Below are positions 29,594 to 38,231 of a DNA stretch of 64,000 bases, in pieces. The DNA lies in contig JACRAJ010000001.1 of the NCBI GenBank assembly GCA_016213445.1, positions 142,203 to 206,202 on the forward strand, read 5' to 3'. The translations under genes were made by a program, and so were the position numbers. The DNA comes from Candidatus Azambacteria bacterium (GTDB taxonomy: Bacteria > Patescibacteriota > Minisyncoccia > UBA10092). The notes under the pieces were generated by a model that saw only the letters and a program-made list of their open reading frames with translations, made no database searches and was not told the origin of the DNA. Every line of letters begins with the position of its first letter. Position 1 is the first letter of the stretch.

Positions 29594-29858
29594 TCTGTTT
29601 CCGTTTCGTTCAATGCGCCGTGGGATTTTTTGGCTCAATTCCTTGCGAGCCGCGCCTCTCGGCGCGGCGAGCATTCCGAATTGTCCCCAGCGAAAAAGTT
29701 GAAAAGTTTTGAATTGTGGGATATTCTAAAAATAGCGCGAACCCATTTTGAAGAAAGATAACGCCTCGCTTCGCTCGGCGAATCCGCTCGGGCGGCGCGG
29801 GAAGGAGGGGTGGGGGGAGGAATGCCCGCGCCGCCCTCGCTTTCGGAAAGTCGCGCGC
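29594..29858 (+). repeat. Composite arm A + core + arm B (attP-like), encoding alternative recombinase tail ...SFELWDILKIARTHFEER*
   Basis: A part matches 28046-28171; B part matches 31076-31217 with 1 substitution and 1 indel. Confidence 0.9.
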
Positions 29859-29935
29859 TAAAATTTCCAAAAATCACAATAAAATAGTAAAATGAGAATG
29901 GGTCGATTATCTTAAATTTTCTAAAAAATATTTCT

Positions 29936-30154
29936 ATGGATAGAAAACATTTCAAATGTCTGTTATGGAAAACCTTGTGGGGTTTGAGCGTCTTGTCTCT
30001 TGTCGCCGCATGGTTTTCGATAAAATCAAGTGCGGTACTTGGGCTTGATGCGGCGACTTGGTTTTGGAACGCTCTAATTTTTGTTGCGCTATCAATTCCG
30101 ATTAAGCTAGATTGCCATTCCTGCGATGTGTGTGGAATAAGTCCGCGAGCTTGA
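29936..30154 (+). CDS. Small two-TM membrane protein with C-terminal CxxCxxC
   Basis: 72-aa ATG ORF, two hydrophobic helices, CHSCDVC. Confidence 0.65.
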   Translation: MDRKHFKCLLWKTLWGLSVLSLVAAWFSIKSSAVLGLDAATWFWNALIFVALSIPIKLDCHSCDVCGISPRA

Positions 30155-30297
30155 CGAGAAACTTTTTTCATGCTATCATAGCGGCAGAATGAAAAGTGGT
30201 GTGTAGCCACTTTTCCAGTTGAAAACAAACCGAAAAATGGAGGTGTCAAATGTTCGGACAGCTGACAGAGTTCGTTCTGCCGCGTATAATTGGAGTT

Positions 30298-30990
30298 ATG
30301 CTTCACAAGCGCGAAAAACTCACCAAGAAAGAACAGGTGGCGCAAGATGCGTTCATGGCGAAGCTCGACATCAAGAAGCGCAAGACCGATAAGCCGGTCG
30401 TCGTGGCCGTCATCGGCCTCGTTGGTTCCGGCAAGAGTTCGGTGGCGCACGAGCTTGCCAAGCACATCGGTGCGACGGTTATCGAGGGAGACGACATTCG
30501 TATCGAGCTTCGCAAACAGAATGAACGCTACGAGAAATCGCGCGCCATCGCCGAGAACGCCGCTATCGAAGTCGTGAAGCAGGGTGGCAATGTCATTCTC
30601 GATTCCGACTTCGTGGACGAGAAGAAGCGCGCGAGCGTTCGCGAGAAAGCACGCAAGGCAGGCGTGCGCCTCGTCTTCGTTCGTACTCACTGCGACCTCG
30701 ACGTCATGGTGGGCCGCGTCCTTACCGCAACCTATCACAATCGCGTTGACGATTTCTTCGGCGGCGCGAAGTCCAAGTGGCAAGGAAGCGAGCAATCGAA
30801 AGGCGCGGCGGTGAAGGTTCGCGAGATGTGGCGGCGCACGCCTCACCATTATCGCTGGGTCAATCAAGGCGGCGGGCAGTGGAAACTCAAAAAGTTTCCG
30901 TTCGCAATCTTCGCCGAGATTGACACCACGGATTCCGATTCGTGGAAACGCGAAGTGGAGAAGTGCGCGAAGCAACTCCTCACGCGGTAA
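30298..30990 (+). CDS. P-loop kinase-like (AAA_33 type) protein
   Basis: GLVGSGKSS, D.IR..L, VILDS; GGAG RBS before ATG 30298; GC-rich codon usage. Confidence 0.85.
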   Translation: MLHKREKLTKKEQVAQDAFMAKLDIKKRKTDKPVVVAVIGLVGSGKSSVAHELAKHIGATVIEGDDIRIELRKQNERYEKSRAIAENAAIEVVKQGGNVILDSDFVDEKKRASVREKARKAGVRLVFVRTHCDLDVMVGRVLTATYHNRVDDFFGGAKSKWQGSEQSKGAAVKVREMWRRTPHHYRWVNQGGGQWKLKKFPFAIFAEIDTTDSDSWKREVEKCAKQLLTR

Positions 30991-31075
30991 ATCGCAATCA
31001 AGGGCGACCGAGGCAAAAGCCAAGGTCGCCCTTTCTCTTTCTTTGATTTTTTGGTAAATTAAATTCATAATAGTT

Positions 31076-31217
31076 GCGCGCGACTTTCCGAAAGCGAGGG
31101 CGGCGCGGGCATTCCTCCCCCCACCCTCCTTCCCGCGCCGCCCGAGCGGTTTCGCCGAGCGAAGCGAGGCGTTATCTTTCTTCAAAATGGGTTCGCGCTA
31201 TTTTTAGAATATCCCAC
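31076..31217 (-). repeat. Arm B copy 2
   Basis: Near-identical inverted copy of 29716-29858; contains 12-bp GGGCGGCGCGGG/CCCGCGCCGCCC stem. Confidence 0.92.
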
Positions 31218-31329
31218 CATAAGGAACTTTCAGAATTTTTTGAGCCAGGCGACAGGCGCCGCCAGTTAGGAAATGAAGCAGTTGGCTCGCCAGCCGATTT
31301 TAATTTTGATTAGTTGGCTGGTTAATTAG

Positions 31330-32100
31330 CTATTTAAGGACAATTAGCCAGAAAAAAAGAGTTAGAAGTATGCGATAGACGCCAAATGGCGCAAAATTAT
31401 GCTTTTTAATAAAACTAAGCAGGAATTTGATGCTCGCCATTGCGGTGATAAAAGAAACTATGAATCCGATAGTCAAGACCCCAAATTGGTCTTTTGAAAA
31501 ATAATCCGCATTTTTGATGAGATCCAGCCCGCTTGCGGCAAGCATTGTTGGAACAGCCAGTAAAAAAGAGAATTCTACAATAGTTTTTCTCTTTAACCCC
31601 ACTAATAAACCCCCGACAATAGTGGCCGCTGAACGCGATATGCCGGGAATTATCGCAATAGATTGGCAAAGCCCCACCCAAAACGATTGTTTGTATGAAA
31701 TTTGCTCTATTCCATCTCCGGCGCCTTCAGATTCTTTGTGCCAAAACTCAAAAATTATTAATGCCGCGCCTCCAAGAATCAGTGCCCACAAAACCACGTT
31801 TTGATTGCCGATGAGATGGGTTTTTACGACTTTATATAACGCGAGACCAATAATGCCGGTTGGTATGAACCCGATAATTATTTTTTTCAGGTTTATAATA
31901 TTGAGGAATGATTTCCAGTATAGAACTACTACGGAAAAGATTGCCCCGAATTGGATAATTATTTCAAAACTTTTTACGAAATTTGATTGGCTTATTTTTA
32001 GAAGCTCGCTAGTCAGTATGAGGTGGCCGGTGGATGATATCGGTAAAAATTCCGTAACACCTTCCACAACTCCCATAATTAAACTGTGTAATATAGTCAT
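31330..32100 (-). CDS. uppP: Undecaprenyl-diphosphate phosphatase
   Basis: GVVEGVTEFLPISSTGHL, IQFGAI, PGISRSAATI, FSFLLAVP. Confidence 0.97.
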   Translation of the reverse strand: MTILHSLIMGVVEGVTEFLPISSTGHLILTSELLKISQSNFVKSFEIIIQFGAIFSVVVLYWKSFLNIINLKKIIIGFIPTGIIGLALYKVVKTHLIGNQNVVLWALILGGAALIIFEFWHKESEGAGDGIEQISYKQSFWVGLCQSIAIIPGISRSAATIVGGLLVGLKRKTIVEFSFLLAVPTMLAASGLDLIKNADYFSKDQFGVLTIGFIVSFITAMASIKFLLSFIKKHNFAPFGVYRILLTLFFWLIVLK

Positions 32101-32223
32101 ATTTGATATTATATCATGCGGATTTTTTCAAATACACGCCACGCCTCATTCTGATTGTAGTTTCGATAGTTTTTATGGTATAATATAAATCAGAAAGGTC
32201 TATAATAAACCATTAAAATTATT

Positions 32224-32469
32224 ATGAAAAAAATAGGAAAAGTGTCTCATTATTATGGCAATCTCGGAGTGGCCATTGTCGAGCTTAGCGGCAAATTGTC
32301 GGTGGGCGACAAGGTTAAATTCGAGAGCGGTAAAAATGAATTCGAGCAGACGGTCAAGTCGATGCAGATTGAACACAAGGAAATCGAGTCGGCGAAAAAG
32401 GGCGATGTGGTCGGCATCAAGGTTGACGAGAAAGTCAATGACAGCGCGGAAATGTTTTTGGCGGAGTAA
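32224..32469 (+). CDS. Small translation-factor-like beta-barrel protein (U32 peptidase C-terminal-like)
   Basis: IGKVSHYY..LGVA...L.VGD...Q.V.SMQI......A..G..VGIKV. Confidence 0.8.
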   Translation: MKKIGKVSHYYGNLGVAIVELSGKLSVGDKVKFESGKNEFEQTVKSMQIEHKEIESAKKGDVVGIKVDEKVNDSAEMFLAE

Positions 32470-32538
32470 ATTATTTTTAGTAATTTAGCCGTTTTACACT
32501 GGCCGGATTTTCTTTTGTTTTGGTTAAATAAATTTTAC

Positions 32539-32615
32539 GGTGGGCGTAGCTCAACTGGCAGAGCTCCCGGTTGTGGTCCGGGCGGTTGCGGGTTCAAATC
32601 CCGTCGCTCACCCCA
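32539..32615 (+). tRNA. tRNA-His(GTG)
   Basis: G-1, anticodon loop TTGTGGT, encoded CCA. Confidence 0.95.
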
Positions 32616-32885
32616 GACGGTATCTAATATAATCGAGTCCGGTTGATTGGATACCATCACAACCACTTCATTTCGTCCGGGACTTTGGTATATGCCTCGT
32701 AGGCATTGCGGACAAACAGCAGAACGTCTTGGGGTTCAGCAATTCTCATATTTAGTAAATCACTCAAAAAGTCTTTATTTTAAAGCATATTATTGTCCTC
32801 TTGAGCTTCTATATCACTAGATTGATATAGTAAAACAGATCAGTATATTCAGTGAATAAGCCTATTTTGTTAGTTTAATTCACAG

Positions 32886-33905
32886 TGTTTTAACCACACA
32901 CATTTGTCGGTTTTCCGTTTAATAATAATTCTAACATTTCATTTGGCGTTTTACCGTTTAATCCGCAGTGTTCCAAGTTGTTGTATTCATCATTCCATAT
33001 CCTAATCTTTGTTTTCAATTCTTTCAGATTTTTGGATTTGTTTCTATCGTAGAACATCTCTTGGTCAGTCCTATGGCTTCTTTCTACCTTGCCATTCTGC
33101 GCCGGCTTGCCCGGATCAATCAGATAATGCATCATATTGTATTTTTGGCATAAGACATCAAATTCATGCAGTCTGGAATTTAAAGGATCAATACTTTTCT
33201 GATATCCGACATATCTGTTTGTGAAATTGCTTCCGTTGTCCGTCTTAATAGCCCGTATCCAGAATGGAGCGATGCCAAGTATTTCTTTCAAAAATTTCAT
33301 TGAACTGAAATTTGAATAATCCGGATATATTTTTAAATATCTCCATCTGGAAGCGCAATCTATGGCCGTGAATTGGTAATACCGCCTGTTTTCAATCAAA
33401 TCCGGCACATATTTAACATCTATCTCCACCAAATCTCCCTGCATTAAAGGAACTTTGATATATTTGTATTTTAATTTTCTAACCCTGTATTTTCTTACCA
33501 ACCCTTCTTTTTTTATTATCTTCTGTATCGTATTTCTGTGAATCATAATCCCTTCTTTCTCCAATTGCCATTTCAGCTTCAAAGCGCAGAGTTTCCTTTC
33601 TCTCCTCATTTCAACCACTCTTTCCTTTATCCTTATCGGAGTTTCTTTCGGATTTGTCTTAGGCCTTGTTGATTTCGACTCCAATCCGATTTCTCCGTTC
33701 TTCCGGTATTCAGCCAGCCATCTTTCCAAACTTCGTTTCGAATGCGGACATATCTTAACCGCATCAACCATTCTTATCTCTTTATTATATATCGGCAGTA
33801 TCCATCTAAGCCTTTCTTCTTTGATTGTTTTAGGCATATTTATACTCATATCCCAGCTTAAAAGCTGGGGACAGAAACCGCCATATGTGTATGGACATTA
33901 CCACA
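32886..33905 (-). mobile_element. IS481-family insertion sequence
   Basis: DDE transposase; imperfect inverted ends CCACACACATTTGTCGGTTT / CCATACACATATGGCGGTTT; TGT terminus at 33905; left end approximate. Confidence 0.7.
32890..33849 (-). CDS. DDE (rve) transposase, IS481-like
   Basis: HTH N-terminus, EIDVK, AIDCASR, TDNGSNF, PAQNGKVERSHRT. Confidence 0.93.
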   Translation of the reverse strand: MSINMPKTIKEERLRWILPIYNKEIRMVDAVKICPHSKRSLERWLAEYRKNGEIGLESKSTRPKTNPKETPIRIKERVVEMRRERKLCALKLKWQLEKEGIMIHRNTIQKIIKKEGLVRKYRVRKLKYKYIKVPLMQGDLVEIDVKYVPDLIENRRYYQFTAIDCASRWRYLKIYPDYSNFSSMKFLKEILGIAPFWIRAIKTDNGSNFTNRYVGYQKSIDPLNSRLHEFDVLCQKYNMMHYLIDPGKPAQNGKVERSHRTDQEMFYDRNKSKNLKELKTKIRIWNDEYNNLEHCGLNGKTPNEMLELLLNGKPTNVCG

Positions 33906-34088
33906 ATTGATTGACAAATATGGCGTTTAGATGTATGACGGTAGGCATAGTTCTTTGATAAGACTTGCGATTGGTCATAGCGAAAAGTGGCTTAAAACTA
34001 GGCCATTCCTCGCTATGACCACACAGGCCATGGCTCCTCTTCGGATTAGAGGAAAACGAAACGGGCAAATTAGCCCGAGGAGGTACAC

Positions 34089-34604
34089 ATGAGCACAGAG
34101 TGGCGCGAGGAAGACGGCGTCATCTACTTTGGCGTCACCTCGGACGGCACGACCGGCGAAGCCTGGATCAAGCGTCTGGAAGGCAACGGTTTCAGCGTCG
34201 AAGACTACGCCAAGCAGGTGCTCCGTTCGCCGGACTTCAAACCGACGAGCGGCGTGACGACCGAAGTCGCCGTTCTCAAGGGCATGCTCTTCGAGGACAA
34301 CGACCGGATCACGAAAAAAGTTCGTACCGAGGCCAACAAGCGCAGGCTTTCGAAGCCGAACGCCGAACTGGCTTGCCTCATCCGTGAGAAGTTCACGGAC
34401 AAGGAGATCGAAGCGATGGGTCTGTGGTATGTCATTGCCATGCACGAACCCATCAACGACTCCGACGGCGGTTCGAACTTGCTGCACGCGGGCCGTAGCG
34501 GCGTTGGTCGCTGGCTCGACGCGTACTTCGACAGGCCTGGCAGCAGGTGGAGTCGTGACAACGGGTTCGCGTTCGCCGTGTCGCAAGTCAGCTCTAAACA
34601 CTAA
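34089..34604 (+). CDS. DGR target (variable) protein, probable CLec-type C-terminal variable region
   Basis: GAGGAGG RBS; 3' end contains the VR matching the TR. Confidence 0.93.
   Translation: MSTEWREEDGVIYFGVTSDGTTGEAWIKRLEGNGFSVEDYAKQVLRSPDFKPTSGVTTEVAVLKGMLFEDNDRITKKVRTEANKRRLSKPNAELACLIREKFTDKEIEAMGLWYVIAMHEPINDSDGGSNLLHAGRSGVGRWLDAYFDRPGSRWSRDNGFAFAVSQVSSKH
34461..34586 (+). repeat. DGR variable repeat (VR)
   Basis: 113/126 identical to 35014-35139; all 13 differences at TR adenines. Confidence 0.97.
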
Positions 34605-34639
34605 ATTCCTTGGGACTTCAGTCCCTTTGAATTTAGCCC

Positions 34640-34682
34640 TTAGCCCTGTTCCGATCCGTCGGAGCAGGGCTAAATTTTTTTC
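34640..34682 (+). terminator. Hairpin downstream of VR (DGR homing hairpin and/or intrinsic terminator)
   Basis: TTAGCCCTGTTCCGA-TCCG-TCGGAGCAGGGCTAA followed by T run. Confidence 0.75.
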
Positions 34683-35013
34683 ATAAAATATATAACTGGG
34701 TACAATGTTTCTCCGTCGCTCAGACGTCGTGTACGAGAGTACTCGTCCACGCGATCTTCGCTAGGAGAAATAAAATCGGCTATAATATTCGTGGCAGTAG
34801 GTGAATATGCGGACGGTCAAGGCTTTCCGCTACCGAACCCAGTATCCATGCGTCGAGAGTATCCGCGGCCACGGTTTCGGATAGAGTGGTGCATGCAGAA
34901 ACTTCAATAAAAAAGAAGATACTTGGCGCGAGACATTAAGGCATTGCGATGCCGGATTCGATTCAGTCCTGAGAGTATTCGAGGGGCGGTGATATGGAAG
35001 ATGTTTCGCGCAA

Positions 35014-35139
35014 TCCGACGGCGATTCGAACTTGCTGAACGCGAACCGTAACGACGATGGTCGCTGGCTCAACGCGTACAACGACAGGCCTGACAACAGG
35101 TGGAATCGTGACAACGGGTTCGCGTTCGCCGTGTCGCAA
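35014..35139 (+). ncRNA. DGR template repeat (TR)
   Basis: Nine AAC/AAT codons in the VR frame; A-specific mismatches to VR. Confidence 0.97.
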
Positions 35140-35145
35140 ATCTCT

Positions 35146-35547
35146 TCATTTCTCTCCGGCTTTTGCTGGAGAGTTTTGTTTTGCGAGCTGACCGTTCCAA
35201 CCGCCGAGCATCTTGCCGGCTTCATCCAGTTTTACGGAAAGAGCGATGTATTTTTTATCGTCGAGGGATTTCGTTTCCCAGAGCACCAAAAGAAGTACGC
35301 GGAGAGTGTCCGCTTTCTTGATTGCGAGACGAACATACGGATGTTTCTCCGCCGGTGAAAGGAAACTGGCGGCCGATATCGCTTCTATCACTTCGACAAA
35401 TAAAGTGTCGATGCGCTGGCCGAGAGAATGACGATGCACCTTGGGCAAGTCCTGATAAAATTTGTACCACAAAAGGTACGACTCCTTGACTTTATTTAAA
35501 ACCGGTAAAATTCTTAATGGTTGGTTGGTTGCCACCGTTATGCCCAA
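35146..35547 (-). CDS. avd: DGR accessory variability determinant (Avd-like four-helix bundle)
   Basis: LPK.HR.SLGQRI, L.E.GKMLGGW signature; basic ~130 aa; start codon uncertain. Confidence 0.88.
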   Translation of the reverse strand: MGITVATNQPLRILPVLNKVKESYLLWYKFYQDLPKVHRHSLGQRIDTLFVEVIEAISAASFLSPAEKHPYVRLAIKKADTLRVLLLVLWETKSLDDKKYIALSVKLDEAGKMLGGWNGQLAKQNSPAKAGEK

Positions 35548-36553
35548 AATTAGATTTCAACATACATATAATAATATCATTTTCCTCGAAAATATCCTCG
35601 AGGCGTGGAAAGAATTTGTCCGCGGCAAGCGAGCGCGTAAAGACGTGCAGGAATTCGAGCGAGATTTGATGACGAATCTTATCGCGCTCCACCGTGAGCT
35701 TGCCGCCAAAAAATATTCTCACTCGGCATATCAGCATTTCAAAATTGCCGATCCGAAACCGCGCGATATACATAAAGCCAGCGTTCGGGACCGGCTTTTG
35801 CATCACGCGTTGCACAGGCAGCTGTCGCCATTTTTCGCAAAGACGTTTATTTCCGACTCGAATTCATGCCAAGACGGTAAAGGGACGCACCGCGCGCTCC
35901 GCAGATTCAGAAAATTCATCGGCATCGTTTCGGAAAACAATATCCGGACGGTATGGGTGCTTAAGTGCGACATTAGAAAGTTTTTCGCAAACATAGATCA
36001 TTCGATCCTATTGGATATAGCCGCAAAATATATTCCCGATCAAGACATTCTCGATCTCGTGTCGATCATCGTCCGGAGCTTTCATTCAAACGTCGTCGGC
36101 GTAGGACTTCCGCTCGGCAATCTGACGTCCCAGCTTTTGGTGAACATTTACATGAATGAATTCGACCAATTTATGAAGCATCGCATCAAGGCGAAATACT
36201 ATCTACGCTACGCCGACGACTTTGCCGTTCTTTCTACAGACAAGACGTACCTTGAGGCCATTCTGCCGGCGATGCAGGAATTTTTAGGAAGCAAGCTCAA
36301 GCTCTCCATGCATCCGGATAAGATTTTTATTCAGACCGTCGCTTCGGGCGTCGACTTTCTCGGCTGGGTGCATTTTCCGGATCATCAGGTCTTGAGGACG
36401 ACGACCAAAAAGAGGATGTTCAGAAATATAAAAGCGAAGGATGGAAAGGAAGAAACGGTGCAGTCATATCTTGGACTCATCGGCCACGGTAACAGCTGGA
36501 AATTGCGACATAAAATTCTCGATAAAGCATCCAAGCTCAAGCCTTCCAATTAA
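35540..36553 (+). CDS. DGR reverse transcriptase
   Basis: PKPRDI, RDRLLHHA, KGTH, KCDIRKFF, GLPLGNLTSQ (DGR-type SQ), RYADDF, GVDFLG; ATG at 35540. Confidence 0.96.
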   Translation: MPKIRFQHTYNNIIFLENILEAWKEFVRGKRARKDVQEFERDLMTNLIALHRELAAKKYSHSAYQHFKIADPKPRDIHKASVRDRLLHHALHRQLSPFFAKTFISDSNSCQDGKGTHRALRRFRKFIGIVSENNIRTVWVLKCDIRKFFANIDHSILLDIAAKYIPDQDILDLVSIIVRSFHSNVVGVGLPLGNLTSQLLVNIYMNEFDQFMKHRIKAKYYLRYADDFAVLSTDKTYLEAILPAMQEFLGSKLKLSMHPDKIFIQTVASGVDFLGWVHFPDHQVLRTTTKKRMFRNIKAKDGKEETVQSYLGLIGHGNSWKLRHKILDKASKLKPSN

Positions 36554-36827
36554 GTCGGTCATATTTACTTACTTAAGCAAATCGTCCCAAGGGTTTAAAT
36601 TTGGTCAAACCTGTGATCGAGGGTGCAAGATGGATCAAACGTCGATCCTCGGCACAAAGCTCGCCACTGGGGCAAATAATTGGGCAAAAAAGGTTACTTA
36701 CCGGCATTCAGGAAGTCGTAGTTATAGAACTTGGCAACTTTCTTGATATTGTTCATTTTTTCGCGTACCGTGATCATATACTGCTTGTCTTCAAGCACGG
36801 TTATGAGACCGGACAAGTCGCGACCCA

Positions 36828-36868
36828 AAAACAAAAACCAGCCGCTTCAAGCGGCTGGTTTTTGTTTT
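36828..36868. terminator. Bidirectional intrinsic terminator
   Basis: AAAACAAAAACCAGCCGCTT-C-AAGCGGCTGGTTTTTGTTTT between converging units. Confidence 0.8.
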
Positions 36869-37925
36869 ACTTCATTTCTTCGAGGACTACCGTGGCGGAA
36901 ATTTCTTCGCCGCCGCGCCTCAAAATTTTTAAATGGATTTTGTCGCCGACTTCGTGTTTTTGTATCAAATCGGAGAGCGGAAGGTCTTTGGTTATTTTTT
37001 GCTTATCAATTTCAAGAACAATGTCGTGTTCCAAAATTCCCGCTTTGTCAGCCGGGCTGTTTGGCAAAACGCCGTAATCGCCGGGTGTCGCTTCCGGAAC
37101 GACAAAAGCGCCGTAATCCACGGGCAAGTTGTGCCTCATTTTTAAGACAGGGTCTATTAAAATGTATCGCAATCCCAAAAACGGAGCCCGAATGCGCCCG
37201 TATTTTTTTATGTCGACAAGGGCTTTTTTGGCGGAGTTGATGGGAATGGCGAATCCGATATTCTGGGCGCCGAAAACCACGGCCGAGTTGATGCCGATGG
37301 CTTTGCCGTCTATGTCAACCAATGGGCCTCCGGAATTTCCCGGATTGATGGCCGCGTCAGTTTGGATAACGCCGCGAAGTTCTTGTTGCTGGCCGTCAAT
37401 CCCGGCTTGAGCGGTGATGTGGCGCGAAAGGCCCGAAACAATGCCGGTTGAAACCGTGTTTTGGAATTGTCCCAAAGCGTTGCCGATGGCGACAACGGTT
37501 TGTCCCAGTTCCAGATTTGAAGATTCGCCGAGTTCGATATAAGGCAGATTATTGCCTTCGATTTTAAGAATGGCCACATCGTTGATGGGGTCGCGGGCAA
37601 CCACTTTGGCGTGGAATTTTTTTCCTTCGTTGGTTACCACGGTGTAGTCGGCCTTAGGGTCGATTACCACGTGTTTGTTGGTTAAAACAAAACCGTCTTT
37701 TGAAACAATAAATCCCGAACCGCCGCCGATTTTGATGCGGCCGTGCTCGTCAAACATTTCCGGCGGAATTTGTTTGTATAGTTCTTTCGGGTCGAATCCA
37801 AACGGCAAAAACGGAAAAAAGTCCGGAAAATTTTCCAGCTTGGGAAGATTTTTGGCGATAACGATGGAAACAACCGCCGGCGCGCATTTTTTAACCACTT
37901 TAATGATTGGAGATTTTTCAGCCAT
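36867..37925 (-). CDS. htrA: HtrA/DegP serine protease with PDZ domain
   Basis: GGSGF, TNKHV, QTDAAINPGNSGGPL, PDZ; no signal peptide visible. Confidence 0.95.
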   Translation of the reverse strand: MAEKSPIIKVVKKCAPAVVSIVIAKNLPKLENFPDFFPFLPFGFDPKELYKQIPPEMFDEHGRIKIGGGSGFIVSKDGFVLTNKHVVIDPKADYTVVTNEGKKFHAKVVARDPINDVAILKIEGNNLPYIELGESSNLELGQTVVAIGNALGQFQNTVSTGIVSGLSRHITAQAGIDGQQQELRGVIQTDAAINPGNSGGPLVDIDGKAIGINSAVVFGAQNIGFAIPINSAKKALVDIKKYGRIRAPFLGLRYILIDPVLKMRHNLPVDYGAFVVPEATPGDYGVLPNSPADKAGILEHDIVLEIDKQKITKDLPLSDLIQKHEVGDKIHLKILRRGGEEISATVVLEEMK

Positions 37926-38031
37926 GATTTTGGTATTTTAATTTGAATTTTAATACTATTTAGTATATTGTATAACATATAAATTGTAAACAAATTTTAA
38001 TTAATAATATTTATAATTCTTAAAAAGTTCA

Positions 38032-38103
38032 GCCCTTGTAGTTCAACGGATAGAACAGCACACTCCTAGCGTGCGGATCGAGGTCCGACTCCTCGCGAGG
38101 GCA
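38032..38103 (+). tRNA. tRNA-Arg(CCT)
   Basis: GCCCTTG...CGAGGGCA; anticodon loop CTCCTAG. Confidence 0.9.
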
Positions 38104-38106
38104 TAG

Positions 38107-38177
38107 GGGCCTATAGTAAAATGGTATTACACATCCATGGCATGGATGAGGTTGGGGTCCGATTCCCCATAGGTCCA
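38107..38177 (+). tRNA. tRNA-Ala(GGC)
   Basis: GGGCCTA/TAGGTCC with G3:U70; anticodon loop ATGGCAT. Confidence 0.92.
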
Positions 38178-38231
38178 CCGGGAAAAAATTTTGCAAATTT
38201 TTGATCTTTAAAACTGCAAAGGAGGAGTGTT

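Larger units (their letters stand above)
28046..31217. mobile_element. Serine-recombinase element integrated at the tRNA-Ala 3' end, with an internal inverted attP-like copy
   Basis: Arm A at 28046-28171 inverted at 29594-29719; arm B at 29716-29858 inverted at 31076-31217; shared GTGG core. Confidence 0.75.

Noticed and set aside
29635..31185. 516-aa minus-strand ORF
   Set aside because: Antisense shadow of the GC-rich kinase gene plus repeat arms; no domain features
33975..34601. 208-aa minus ORF opposite the DGR target
   Set aside because: Antisense shadow; the plus-strand ORF has the RBS and in-frame VR
35032..35358. ORF through TR resembling the target C-terminus
   Set aside because: It is the TR read in the VR frame running into antisense avd; no RBS; TR acts as RNA
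35540..36553. Group II intron or retron interpretation of the RT
   Set aside because: SQ motif, Avd and A-specific TR/VR pair indicate a DGR; no maturase domain or intron domain V seen
36554..36830. Coding-like fragments on the minus strand after the RT
   Set aside because: Interrupted by stops and unidentifiable; possible gene remnant only
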